A stretch of DNA of 64,000 nt, taken from contig OZ252100.1 of NCBI GenBank assembly GCA_965248435.1, positions 4,736,001-4,800,000 of the forward strand, in the 5' to 3' direction. The notes under the pieces are model-generated. The model was not told where the DNA came from, searched no databases, and saw only the letters and a list, made by a program, of their open reading frames with translations. Positions within the stretch are counted from its first letter, which is position 1; each line of letters begins with the position of its first letter. This DNA comes from Candidatus Latescibacterota bacterium (GTDB taxonomy: Bacteria > Latescibacterota > UBA2968 > GCA-2709665). Position numbers and translations under genes: made by a program. This document shows positions 46,786-56,127 of the stretch, piece by piece.

Positions 46786-48045
46786 ATGAAATTTGAGCAT
46801 CTCATAGCTTTTCGACATATGCGCGCAATGCGCAGACGGAGGCGTGTTTCTCTCGCCGCATTGATTGCTGCCGTGGGCGTCTCGCTTGGCGTCGCTGCAC
46901 TGGTTACCGTGCTGTCTGTGATGAACGGATTCTCTGGAATGATCTGGGACCGTTTGCTTGGAATAAATGCCCACATCACGGTGCGGAAGGCCTACAGCGG
47001 ACGCATCGAGGATTATCAACCCCTGATGAAGACACTGGCGGCCCACAAAGAGGTCATCGGTGCGTCGGCCTTTATTCAATCGGAGGGCTTCGTTCTCAGA
47101 AAGCCTCCGTGGGAAGGCGTCCTAAGCTCGGGGGTATTAATCAGAGGTGTCGATCAGGATGGATTCACGCGCACGAGCGACATCACGAAACATCTCTGGG
47201 CCGGAGAGATAGATCTGACGCGCCATAAAGCAGAGGAAGGTCGATCGGTTTCAGGCCTGCTGATTGGAAGGGTGCTGGCTGACAAGTTGGGGGCGATGCT
47301 GGGATCGGAGATTCGTCTGGGCATTTTGCCCAAAGAAATGCTGATGGGACAGATGCCGCCCCTGCGTCCTTACCGGGTGACGGGGATATTCAACACGGGA
47401 CACTATGAATTCGATTCGGCCCTTGTGTTTATCTCATTGAGAGACGCCCAGCGCGACCTGAATTGGGAGGACGTCGTGACAGGAATCCGGCTCCGTCTGG
47501 ACGACCCCTTCTCCGCAGACCGTGTAGGCCGAGAGCTTCGAGAAGTGCTCAGGGAGGTGGACCCGAGCGTAATTCCTTCTTCCTGGATGTACGAACACGG
47601 GAATCTCTACATATGGATCAAGCTTGAAAAGTGGTTTATGTTCCTGGCGCTGAGCTTGATCGTCGTGGTGGCCAGCTTCAATATTATCAGCATCCTTACG
47701 ATGAATGTTGCCGAACGCAGGCGAGAGATCGGCATTCTGAAGACGATGGGCGTCACGCCGCGAAGCATCGGAAGGATCTTTTCGCTGGAAGGCCTCACGA
47801 TCGGCTGTGCCGGCGTGATCCTTGGGAATTTTATCGGGTTTGTCCTTTGCTGGGTGCAACAGCAGTATCAGCCGCTTCAACTGCCTGGCGATGTTTTCAT
47901 CGTAAATGCGCTGCCTGTGGAGATGCATCTTGTTGACTTTGTCCTGATCTCCGCTTCCGCTCTGTTCCTCTGCTACCTCTTCACCCTCCTGCCTTCCAGA
48001 GACGCGGCTTCTTTCGATCCGGTGGAGGCCATTCGATACGAATAG
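46786..48045 (+). CDS. lipoprotein-releasing ABC transporter permease (LolC/E family)
   Basis: GVSLGVAALVTVLSVMNGF, TGIFNTGHYEFD, LEK..LIVVVASFNII, EIGILKTMG, PVEAIRYE. Confidence 0.9.
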   Translation: MKFEHLIAFRHMRAMRRRRRVSLAALIAAVGVSLGVAALVTVLSVMNGFSGMIWDRLLGINAHITVRKAYSGRIEDYQPLMKTLAAHKEVIGASAFIQSEGFVLRKPPWEGVLSSGVLIRGVDQDGFTRTSDITKHLWAGEIDLTRHKAEEGRSVSGLLIGRVLADKLGAMLGSEIRLGILPKEMLMGQMPPLRPYRVTGIFNTGHYEFDSALVFISLRDAQRDLNWEDVVTGIRLRLDDPFSADRVGRELREVLREVDPSVIPSSWMYEHGNLYIWIKLEKWFMFLALSLIVVVASFNIISILTMNVAERRREIGILKTMGVTPRSIGRIFSLEGLTIGCAGVILGNFIGFVLCWVQQQYQPLQLPGDVFIVNALPVEMHLVDFVLISASALFLCYLFTLLPSRDAASFDPVEAIRYE

Positions 48046-48105
48046 TGTCGCTATCTTCCCGCCGAACACCTATTTCTATCACAAACTCGAGAATCCGAGG
48101 GTGCT

Positions 48106-50526
48106 TTGTCTCCAGGTCGGATTGCAGCATTTGTCCTATGCATAACGTATTTCGCTACTCCCTGTCTTGCCAAGCGGCCGAATGTCCTTCTGATTACGGT
48201 GGACTGTCTGCGACCTGATCACCTAAGCGCTTTTGGATATCGTAGAGAGACGAGCCCGGCCCTGGATCGCTTCGCCCAGGATGGAGTGCTCTTCCAAAAT
48301 GCTGTTTCTTCTTCATCCTGGACTTCCCCGGGACTTATATCGGTTTTGACCGGGCTCTGGGCCCCTACCCACGGCGTAGACGGGAGGGGAAAACGCCTGA
48401 ATCCAGAAACACCCACGATGGCGACTCTGCTCAAGAGTGCGGGCTACGCCGTTCCGGACATACTCTTCCTCTCTTCCATTCCCAACTTCCAGAATCTTGG
48501 ACTGAGCCGTTCCTACCCAGAACGGGAAGAATACCTGCAGAAGGGTGACGAGGTCCTTTTCCGCGCACTGGAGTTTTACCGGGACAGCACCTTTTTCCTG
48601 TTTTATCACTATCGAAACCTGCACCTTCCTTTCAATCCGACACCGCCGTTCGATCGGATGTTTACTCCAGAGGGCTACGACAAGAAGGATTTCGCTCGGA
48701 GTCGTGTCGATGTCATTCGAACTCAGGTGACCATCCCCGTTGGGAGCGTGAATTTCAGTCAAAGAGATCGAGAGTGGATCGTAGGGCTCTACGACGGGCA
48801 GATTCGGGAGATGGATGAAACCTTTTTCGGACCCTTGTACGCTCACTTGAAGCGACTGGGGATCTATGACAGCACGTTGGTCATCGTCACGGCTGACCAC
48901 GGAGAGGAGCTGATGGATCACGGGTTCGTGGGACACCCCTCCACCTCGTTCAAAGGTTCGGCCTTCGATGAAGTCCTCCGGATCCCTCTTGTGATGACCT
49001 GTCCCTCTCTCCTTCGGTCTGGAAGGAGGGTTCAGACGCAAGTGCAAAATGTGGACATCCTTCCGACGGTTCTGGATTTGCTCGATCTATCCGTTCCAGG
49101 GACGGTCCAGGGGCGCTCTCTGCTGCCGCTTGTGCGGGGCGAGGAAACACCTGAGGGCTTCGCGTTTACGGAGACCACTCCCGGCGGGTATCAGGCGACG
49201 CCCGAAATGATGAAGACACGCATCCGCGCCCTGCGTTCGTCCAGATGGAAATTGATTCACACGCACGGACCGGAAGAAAACCGATACGATCTTTACGATC
49301 TTGAGCGCGATCCGGGAGAAAAACAGGACGTATCCGCCGCTCATCCCGAAACCGTCAACGCCATGCGCGAAAGGCTTCATGAATGGGTGTTGAGTTCAGA
49401 ACGACTGCCTCTCGAGCGGGAAGCGTTATCGGCTTCAGCAAAACCTGATGCACTACCGGAACCGATCCAGGTTCTCCAGCCTGCGGACGGGGACACGATT
49501 CGGTACACGGACTCGGAGGGCAAAATCTCGGTCGTATGGGCCGGTCCGTCTGATCTTGTCTATGACATAGAATATCGGGTAGGTGAAGGGGCCTATCACC
49601 TTGAAGGAGATATGCAGGTCGAGGGGACACAGGGGGAGTACGGTCCCTACACGGTCGAGATGTGGGATTTGCTGACCCTCTACAATCCCTGGTCGTTTCG
49701 CGTCACTCTGAATGGAGCTTCTGCGAGCCCCTGGATCACGTTCAGGCTGATTCCGACGAAGCCAGGAGTCCATCCGGGCCTTCTGAGACAGGTGAATACC
49801 TGGGTCGCCACCTGGTGGGTGGAGATCGGTCTACTGCTGGGTGGGATTCTTTCGGGGAGTGCACAACTGACGATACTGTGCCTGAGCGCGTCCGTCGTCG
49901 ACCTGGTATCCATCGTGTTAGTGGGCGCGATCCTGATCGGCCTGTCGAGACCCCTTCTGATTCGCCTGGGCCGCGATCGATTGATCCGCTGGGGACTCGT
50001 TTTGGCCTACACGGCCTTCGTTTATGGGACGCTCGCGATTTTGCCTGAGGTATGGGAGGTGCTGTGGGCGTCGACACAGGGTCGAATCGATTACCTGGGC
50101 GTAATTTTGATGCTTCTGGTCGGACTCGTGTTCTTTGGTTCTCTGGCGCTTCGATGCAGAAAGCCGCTTCCTTTCTTGAGCGCCGTTCCGCTGGCCGCTG
50201 CATACACCCTGCTTTTGCTCGGATTGGGTGATTCCCCGGCCGAGCGTCTGCACCTGGCGGAATACGGCCTTCTTAGCTTTCTGGTCCTCTCAGCGCTCAA
50301 AATTGACTTGCCCCTCCGTCGGGCATATGTTTTGGGATGGATCATTGCCGTCGTCCTGGGGTCGATCGATGAAGGCATCCAGTGGACACTCCCGAACCGG
50401 GTGTTCGAGTGGCGTGATATAGGACTGAATGCGCTTTCCAGCGGATTGGGCATGGCAGTGATTGCGATTTATCAGAGCGCGGGGAGAAAAGCCGTGGATC
50501 GTGGGTCGTCTCAGGTCGTGTCCTAA
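48106..50526 (+). CDS. sulfatase-like (alkaline phosphatase superfamily) protein fused to a membrane VanZ-like domain
   Basis: Signal peptide, RPNVLLITVDCLRPDHL, WTSPGLISVLTG, YDGQI, TADHGEE, DILPTVLDL, LYDLERDPGE. C-terminal TMs with ERLHLAEYG..DEGIQ..PNRVFEWRDI. Confidence 0.82.
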   Translation: MSPGRIAAFVLCITYFATPCLAKRPNVLLITVDCLRPDHLSAFGYRRETSPALDRFAQDGVLFQNAVSSSSWTSPGLISVLTGLWAPTHGVDGRGKRLNPETPTMATLLKSAGYAVPDILFLSSIPNFQNLGLSRSYPEREEYLQKGDEVLFRALEFYRDSTFFLFYHYRNLHLPFNPTPPFDRMFTPEGYDKKDFARSRVDVIRTQVTIPVGSVNFSQRDREWIVGLYDGQIREMDETFFGPLYAHLKRLGIYDSTLVIVTADHGEELMDHGFVGHPSTSFKGSAFDEVLRIPLVMTCPSLLRSGRRVQTQVQNVDILPTVLDLLDLSVPGTVQGRSLLPLVRGEETPEGFAFTETTPGGYQATPEMMKTRIRALRSSRWKLIHTHGPEENRYDLYDLERDPGEKQDVSAAHPETVNAMRERLHEWVLSSERLPLEREALSASAKPDALPEPIQVLQPADGDTIRYTDSEGKISVVWAGPSDLVYDIEYRVGEGAYHLEGDMQVEGTQGEYGPYTVEMWDLLTLYNPWSFRVTLNGASASPWITFRLIPTKPGVHPGLLRQVNTWVATWWVEIGLLLGGILSGSAQLTILCLSASVVDLVSIVLVGAILIGLSRPLLIRLGRDRLIRWGLVLAYTAFVYGTLAILPEVWEVLWASTQGRIDYLGVILMLLVGLVFFGSLALRCRKPLPFLSAVPLAAAYTLLLLGLGDSPAERLHLAEYGLLSFLVLSALKIDLPLRRAYVLGWIIAVVLGSIDEGIQWTLPNRVFEWRDIGLNALSSGLGMAVIAIYQSAGRKAVDRGSSQVVS

Positions 50527-50569
50527 GGGACACGACCGACTCGTCGTTCGTTGATCGGAAAGCAAACTT

Positions 50570-50619
50570 CACCGCAGAGGCCTGCCCCGGACTTGATCCG
50601 GGGCGCGGAGAACGCAGAG
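50570..50619. repeat. nested REP-like element: GCCCCGGA-CTTGA-TCCGGGGC hairpin inside a CGCAGAG-type repeat
   Basis: CACCGCAGAGG-CCTGCCCCGGACTTGATCCGGG-GCGCGGAGAACGCAGAG. Confidence 0.55.
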
Positions 50620-50642
50620 AAAAGCGATAGGCAGCAGGAGGG

Positions 50643-52433
50643 ATGAGCATTTACATCGTGAGTTCTATTCTTGCGGTATTGATTTCGGCGGTGCCGGCCA
50701 TCGCCGGAACGCCGGATCGTCCCGACGAGACTTTGACGACGGTGTTGCGGGCTATTGGGCTGAACCCGGAAGACCTCTCTCAGAAGACGGATTATTATGA
50801 GGATCCATATCGCCTGGAAGTCACGAAACGCATCTTGAGGTGGCCTCCGGCCGGAAGCACCGTGGGCGACGAGATTTCAAGCGAGCTGGCAAGTCCAGCC
50901 GCTCCTCACGCGCTGGCGATGGCTCGGCGCCATCTGCGACTTTTGCCAAAGGAGACCCGTGACGAGCAGATCGATGGCCTGCCGCGGATAGGAACACTCC
51001 CGGATTCCTTCCAAAGCCTCCTGGAACAGTTCTTGATCGAAGTCAACCAGGTTCACGCACTCGTAAAAAGAGAGAGGGAGCGTTTTTCGGCGGAGGAACG
51101 GAGCCGGCTCCTGGATCTTTTGCAGCTCGTGGATCCGGATCGACAAAGTCGTGAGGCGGAGGCCGATTCGCTTCTGAGATTGGCCGGCCGGATCGACCTG
51201 GAGGCCATAACGGATGGCGCCCAAAGACTGCTTTCTGCACGAGACGCTTTCCTGGAGGGTCTTCAGCACCTGCCTCAGGGGGAGCCTCTTTTTGAAGGAG
51301 GACCGATCCACCTGACAACGGCAGCCGGCCCCGTGTGGATCGGGGGCCCGGGGGACGATGTCTACCGAGAACCCGGCGCAGTGATCGTAGATTTGGCTGG
51401 AAACGACCGATACGAGGCCGGTGCCGCTGCGACATCAGCAGCGCTGCCCGTCTCGATCGGGATCGATCTGGAAGGGTCCGATTTTTACGGGTCTTGTCAG
51501 GCCAGGGGAGGATTCGGGATCGGAATGCTTCTTGACGTAAGCGGGGATGACCGCTACTCGGGAGGCAAGGGGTGTCAGGGAAGCGGCATCGGAGGCATAG
51601 GAATCCTTGAAGATCGAAAGGGAAACGATCGGTATGAGTCCGAGTTGGGTTCCCAGGGGTTTGGGCTCGTTGGAATCGGTCTATTCAGCGATTGGGAAGG
51701 GGACGATGAATACCAGGGCGACCTGCTTGTCCAGGGGGCGGCCGGCCCAGGCGGTGTCGGCATCCTGCGTGATGGGTCCGGGAGCGACCGATATGGAGCA
51801 GGCGGGCGCTACGCCGACTTCAGAGAGGACGGGGCCTTCACCCAGAGCATGGCCCAGGGATTCGGGCTGGGGATTCGGCCGCTGGCATCTGGAGGGTTGG
51901 GCATTCTGCTGGAGATGGAAGGTGACGACATTTACGATGCCGGTTATTTCGCGCAGGGCTCGGCTCATTGGGCAGGTGCAGGGTTGCTGATCGACCGGAT
52001 GGGGAATGACGCTTACCAGGCCAGGCGATACGCCCAGGGTGCGGGGTCTCACATCTCTGTAGGGGTGCTCCTCGAAGCATCGGGGGACGACGTTTATGAT
52101 CTCTGGGGTGTGGGACAGGGCTGTGGACACGACCTGTCGGTCGGTCTGTTAGAGGATCGGGGAGGGAATGACCAGTACCGCTCGACCTGGATGGCTCAGG
52201 GGGTTGGCAATTCGAACGGCGTGGGTCTCCTGGACGATGGGTCCGGAGATGATCGGTACAGGGGCAAGCGTGCGGATACGCAGGGGTTTGGAAATGTGTC
52301 GCGAGGATACGGCAGCATCGGTTTGCTGCTGGACCGGGGCGGGTCAGACCAGTATGAAGGTAAGGGGGAGGATGGGCGAATCTGGGAAGGTGGGAGCTTG
52401 GGTGCGGGGATCGACTCGCCTCTAAAGGAGTAG
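50643..52433 (+). CDS. secreted hypothetical protein with glycine-rich DxxGDDxY / xQGxG repeats
   Basis: GGAGG RBS, signal peptide, helical N-terminal half, then about 10 repeats of G.G.L.D..G(N/D)D.Y...QG.G. Confidence 0.8.
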   Translation: MSIYIVSSILAVLISAVPAIAGTPDRPDETLTTVLRAIGLNPEDLSQKTDYYEDPYRLEVTKRILRWPPAGSTVGDEISSELASPAAPHALAMARRHLRLLPKETRDEQIDGLPRIGTLPDSFQSLLEQFLIEVNQVHALVKRERERFSAEERSRLLDLLQLVDPDRQSREAEADSLLRLAGRIDLEAITDGAQRLLSARDAFLEGLQHLPQGEPLFEGGPIHLTTAAGPVWIGGPGDDVYREPGAVIVDLAGNDRYEAGAAATSAALPVSIGIDLEGSDFYGSCQARGGFGIGMLLDVSGDDRYSGGKGCQGSGIGGIGILEDRKGNDRYESELGSQGFGLVGIGLFSDWEGDDEYQGDLLVQGAAGPGGVGILRDGSGSDRYGAGGRYADFREDGAFTQSMAQGFGLGIRPLASGGLGILLEMEGDDIYDAGYFAQGSAHWAGAGLLIDRMGNDAYQARRYAQGAGSHISVGVLLEASGDDVYDLWGVGQGCGHDLSVGLLEDRGGNDQYRSTWMAQGVGNSNGVGLLDDGSGDDRYRGKRADTQGFGNVSRGYGSIGLLLDRGGSDQYEGKGEDGRIWEGGSLGAGIDSPLKE

Positions 52434-52476
52434 TGTGTCCAGCAGCGACAGGCTTTGAACCAATGGGGTCCACCCG

Positions 52477-53355
52477 ATGGGTCTTCTTCTTATGGTGGGG
52501 GGCGTTCTGGTCGGTTATCTTTCCTTGTTGGAAGGTCCGGATACGGACGAACGCAGGAATGTCGTGGATCAGCTTACAGGACGCGGCGCAGAGGTTGTCG
52601 AACCCCTTTCTGCCGCTCTCGATCAGGTGGGATGGCGAGGGCGGGAAGAGATTCTGAAGATCCTGAGCCGTATCGGACCGGCCTCCCTTCCGGCACTGAT
52701 GAGAACGGCCCGATTTCACACGAGCGTCCACGCGAGGCGCGTCGCTTTCCGCGAAGCGGGCAAGGTCGGTGGAAGCGCCGCCCGAGATAGCCTGCTTGGT
52801 GCGCTCGAATCTGCTGAGCGCGACATCGTTATCGAGGCTCTGGGCGAGGCGGGGGACTCGACGGTGGTTCCTGTTCTGCGCCGTTTCTTGACGGATCCCA
52901 GCATCGATGTGCGCCGAAGGGCCGTGATCGCCGTCGGAAGGGTTGGGGGCGCAGGCGCTGTAAGCCCGTTGATCGATGCGCTTTCAGACGAGCATTTCAG
53001 CGTGCGATTCGCAGCAGCCGGACGCCTCGAAGAGATCGGGGATGCGGCGGCGGCCGCACTTGCAGATCGAATGGATGAATCATCCTGCACCACGACACAG
53101 GGATTGTCCAGTTCGGCACACTATCTGGCCATCCGCGTGTTGGGACGTCTAAAACATGAGGCAGGGAGACCCATTCTGGAGCGCGCCTTGAGCGCTGAAG
53201 ACTGGTCTCTTCGCGCAGCCGCCGCGAACGCGCTTGGCAGTCTTGGGAGCAGCTTTTCCATTGGGCGTCTCGAAGCGGCGCTCGAACGTGAGACCCATCC
53301 TTTCGTTCGGGCCCAGATTCGGGACGCACTTGATCGTCGAGGCAACTCAGAGTGA
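52477..53355 (+). CDS. HEAT/PBS-lyase-like repeat protein
   Basis: Repeats of VRR.AV.A.G..G...AV..LI.AL.D, e.g. DVRRRAVIAVG, SVRFAAAGRL, LRAAAANALG. Hydrophobic N-terminus; start uncertain. Confidence 0.8.
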   Translation: MGLLLMVGGVLVGYLSLLEGPDTDERRNVVDQLTGRGAEVVEPLSAALDQVGWRGREEILKILSRIGPASLPALMRTARFHTSVHARRVAFREAGKVGGSAARDSLLGALESAERDIVIEALGEAGDSTVVPVLRRFLTDPSIDVRRRAVIAVGRVGGAGAVSPLIDALSDEHFSVRFAAAGRLEEIGDAAAAALADRMDESSCTTTQGLSSSAHYLAIRVLGRLKHEAGRPILERALSAEDWSLRAAAANALGSLGSSFSIGRLEAALERETHPFVRAQIRDALDRRGNSE

Positions 53356-55691
53356 ATCATACTCTTCCCAGATTCGAGGTTTCGGGCAAAACGTTCGGGC
53401 AGGCTGTGTTCGGGGGTATCCTATTTCTGTCCCTGATAGTACCCCTGATCTTTTCGACGGCATTCTATAGCTATTCCACGCCCAAGCTCGTCATCCTGCA
53501 GGTAGGGATGGTGCTGCTTGCAGTACTCTGGGTTGTCGGGATGGTATTGGATGGTGAGATCTTCCTGATCGATACCCCGCTTTATTTCATCTTTTTCGCC
53601 TTTCTGGCCGTTCATCTGATCTCCCTTTTCCAATCCTACAACGTCTTCAGGGGTCTGGACGCACTCTTCCAGTACTTCTGCTATTTCCTGATTCCGGTAC
53701 TTGTCTTTCACACGGTGCGATCAAAGCGGCAGTTGTTGCTTCTCGCCGGTGTGATGGCACTCACGGGAACGATCGTCGCAACGATCGGCCTACTCCAGCA
53801 CAACGGGGTCTACAAGTTCTCCTATCCCTGGAATGTACCCGTCTCTACGATCGGCAATGTCAATTTCGTCGCCGAATACTACAATGTTGTCTTTCCCATC
53901 TCACTGGTTCTCATCCTGGCTTACAGGAACATTCTTCTAAAATGCGCGGCCGTCCTTGCCTGTTTCCTGATGGCTTGTCATCTGGTCGTTTTGGGAAGCA
54001 GGGGTGGATGGCTGGGGTGCATCGTTTCGCTTTCCATTTTTGGTATTGCCGCAATGCTTCGCCACTACCGCGTGGGGCGCAGGATCGTGGAGGTCGTATG
54101 TGTTCCCGTGATCGTACTCGTGATGAGCTGGCCGGTGATCGGCAGCATGATGTCGAGTATTCAGGTTGGCCCAAACCAAAGGCTCGAGTCGCTGGCCGGG
54201 GATTACTGGAATCGGATCGCGGGTCGTACCGAAGATGCACTGAAATTGCAGGACGATTCCAGCCGGCAGCGCGTCTACCTGTGGGAGGATACATTCAGAA
54301 TGATTTTTGACCGGCCTGTGGTCGGTGTAGGTGTCGGGAACTTCGAATACAACATTCCTCGCTACATGAGCCGTCGGGCACTTGAAGTCAAAATGCGGAT
54401 GGAAAAGGAAGTCGGCAGCCCACTCATGCCATTCAGGGCGCATAATGAGTACCTGGAGGTTTGGGCTGAAACCGGAATCCTGGGTCTGGGTGTCTTTTTC
54501 CTTTTGTTGTATCAGGTGGCTAAGACGCTATACAAGCAGTTCAAGCGCTATGTAGAAGGAGATGGGGACCTCCTCAGCGTGGGGCTCGCTGCTGCGTTCT
54601 CAGCGACGTTGGCTCATTCATTTTTCAGTACGAACTTACAGGATCCAGCCTCGGCTTTGCACTTCTGGATTGTTGTGGGCATGATTTGGTCGTTGAAGTT
54701 CAACGCCGAAGGAGAAGAACGCATCGGTTTACTCGTGACGGATGCGGGTAAGGTTACCTTCGGCGTCATATCCGCCGGTGGCATTGCGTGGATCGCCACC
54801 CTCGTCTTCGGCGTCCAGACACTGCTCGGAGACCACCGCTACCACATCGGCATGCTCTACTTTGGACAGCGAGCCTATGCTCAGGCCGCTGATCATCTGG
54901 AAAGGGCATTGCGATACCCCTATCCAGGGTCTTTCGCTGTGTCCCAGGCCCTTGGTATGGCTCACTACAACCAGGGGCAGTGGAATGAGGCGGTTCGTGC
55001 CTTTCGGTCGAGCCTCATCGGACATCCGAACGCTACTCGCGCACATTATTATCTGGGGATTTCCCTGGGGAAGCTGAAACAGCACGAAAAGGCCATCCGT
55101 CATCTTCGTCGCGCAGTCGAATTGAATCCACTCATGGCAGGTTTTCATCTGGAGCTTGGGAGTGTGCTGGGTGAAGCCGGAGATTCTGAGGAGGCCATAC
55201 GGGAATTGGAGACGGCGGTCCGTCTGGATCCGAACTCACCCCAGGCACACCACCTGCTTGGCTTGGCGCGGAAAGGCGCGGGCGATCTTGATAGTGCAGT
55301 GAAAGCTTATCAGAAGGCCCTGGAGTTCGACGCTCGGGACGCTGAAGTCTTGAATAGTCTTGCCGTGGTCTATGTAGAACTGGAACGATTCAGTTCCGCC
55401 GGTCAGATCTTCCGGTCGCTCGCTGAAGATTGGCCGGACCGGCCTCAATATCGCGTAAATCTGGCCGTGGTCCTGCTCAACACCGGGCAACACGGAGCGG
55501 CTCTGGCCTCGTGCAAGAAGGCCCTGGAGATGGATCCCGAATACGCGAGCGCGTATGCAGTGATGGGTTCCGTATATGAGTCTCAAGGAGACCTGACAAA
55601 GGCCCGATGGGCATACCGGGAGGCACTCGGGCGCAACCCGGATGACCAGGTATTTCGGAACTCTTTGAGGGTATTAGAGGGAGCGCCATAG
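53352..55691 (+). CDS. O-antigen ligase (Wzy_C)-like membrane protein with C-terminal TPRs
   Basis: About 12 TMs, STIGNVNF, SRGGWLG, RVYLW, PVVGVGVGNF, AHNEYLEVWAETGILG, then multiple TPRs. Confidence 0.88.
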   Translation: MNHTLPRFEVSGKTFGQAVFGGILFLSLIVPLIFSTAFYSYSTPKLVILQVGMVLLAVLWVVGMVLDGEIFLIDTPLYFIFFAFLAVHLISLFQSYNVFRGLDALFQYFCYFLIPVLVFHTVRSKRQLLLLAGVMALTGTIVATIGLLQHNGVYKFSYPWNVPVSTIGNVNFVAEYYNVVFPISLVLILAYRNILLKCAAVLACFLMACHLVVLGSRGGWLGCIVSLSIFGIAAMLRHYRVGRRIVEVVCVPVIVLVMSWPVIGSMMSSIQVGPNQRLESLAGDYWNRIAGRTEDALKLQDDSSRQRVYLWEDTFRMIFDRPVVGVGVGNFEYNIPRYMSRRALEVKMRMEKEVGSPLMPFRAHNEYLEVWAETGILGLGVFFLLLYQVAKTLYKQFKRYVEGDGDLLSVGLAAAFSATLAHSFFSTNLQDPASALHFWIVVGMIWSLKFNAEGEERIGLLVTDAGKVTFGVISAGGIAWIATLVFGVQTLLGDHRYHIGMLYFGQRAYAQAADHLERALRYPYPGSFAVSQALGMAHYNQGQWNEAVRAFRSSLIGHPNATRAHYYLGISLGKLKQHEKAIRHLRRAVELNPLMAGFHLELGSVLGEAGDSEEAIRELETAVRLDPNSPQAHHLLGLARKGAGDLDSAVKAYQKALEFDARDAEVLNSLAVVYVELERFSSAGQIFRSLAEDWPDRPQYRVNLAVVLLNTGQHGAALASCKKALEMDPEYASAYAVMGSVYESQGDLTKARWAYREALGRNPDDQVFRNSLRVLEGAP

Positions 55692-55719
55692 GAGAAGCCG
55701 TGGCGCAACGGAGGGCTCG

Positions 55720-55884
55720 ATGTATCCGGACGATCCCCGGCAGAGTCTATCGGAGGAAGAGCGGCGGCGTCCTTCGCAGATCCTGCTCGTCCTTATGGCA
55801 GTAGGGATTGCGGTGGCCGTGACCCTTCTAGCGGGACTTCTGCTTTATCTATCTGAGATTTTCAGGGCGAAGCCGCTTGGGTAG
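55720..55884 (+). CDS. small membrane protein (54 aa, below the ORF-track cutoff)
   Basis: GGAGGG RBS, ATG 55720, MYPDDPRQSLSEEERRRPSQILLVLMAVGIAVAVTLLAGLLLYLSEIFRAKPLG, TAG 55882-55884. One clear TM. Confidence 0.65.
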   Translation: MYPDDPRQSLSEEERRRPSQILLVLMAVGIAVAVTLLAGLLLYLSEIFRAKPLG

Positions 55885-55887
55885 AAG

Positions 55888-55984
55888 CCGTGAATCGTGG
55901 ATCGTGAATCACTGAAAGAATCACGGAAGATCACGGAAAAGAATCACGAAGGGTCACGGAAAAGAATCACGAAGGGTCACGGAA
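55888..55984. repeat. short tandem repeats: CGTGRAT heptamers, then TCACG-core repeats
   Basis: CGTGAAT-CGTGGAT-CGTGAAT, then 23-bp TCACGGAAAAGAATCACGAAGGG x2 (55931-55976) plus partial copies. Confidence 0.85.
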
Positions 55985-56007
55985 TTAGGCGACAGTGGGG
56001 CCTATCC

Positions 56008-56062
56008 GCGCGGGAATGAATTCCCGCGCTGCAAGACCGGGAAGTCCGCCCGTTGGACGGGC
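56008..56062. repeat. REP-like palindrome pair
   Basis: GCGCGGGAAT-GA-ATTCCCGCGC (56008-56029) and GCCCGT-TGG-ACGGGC (56048-56062). Confidence 0.6.
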
Positions 56063-56127
56063 TCGCTCGTTGGATCGAGGATCGGAAGACCTACGTATAT
56101 CTATAGACCGCCGGAGAGGATGAAATG

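Noticed and set aside
52431-52477. Possible readthrough or frameshift fusing the GQG-repeat and HEAT ORFs
   Set aside because: The ORFs are in different frames, there is no slippery site, and the HEAT ORF has its own hydrophobic N-terminus.
55931-55984. 23-bp repeats considered as a CRISPR array
   Set aside because: The units are directly adjacent with no unique spacers, and there are no cas genes in the window.
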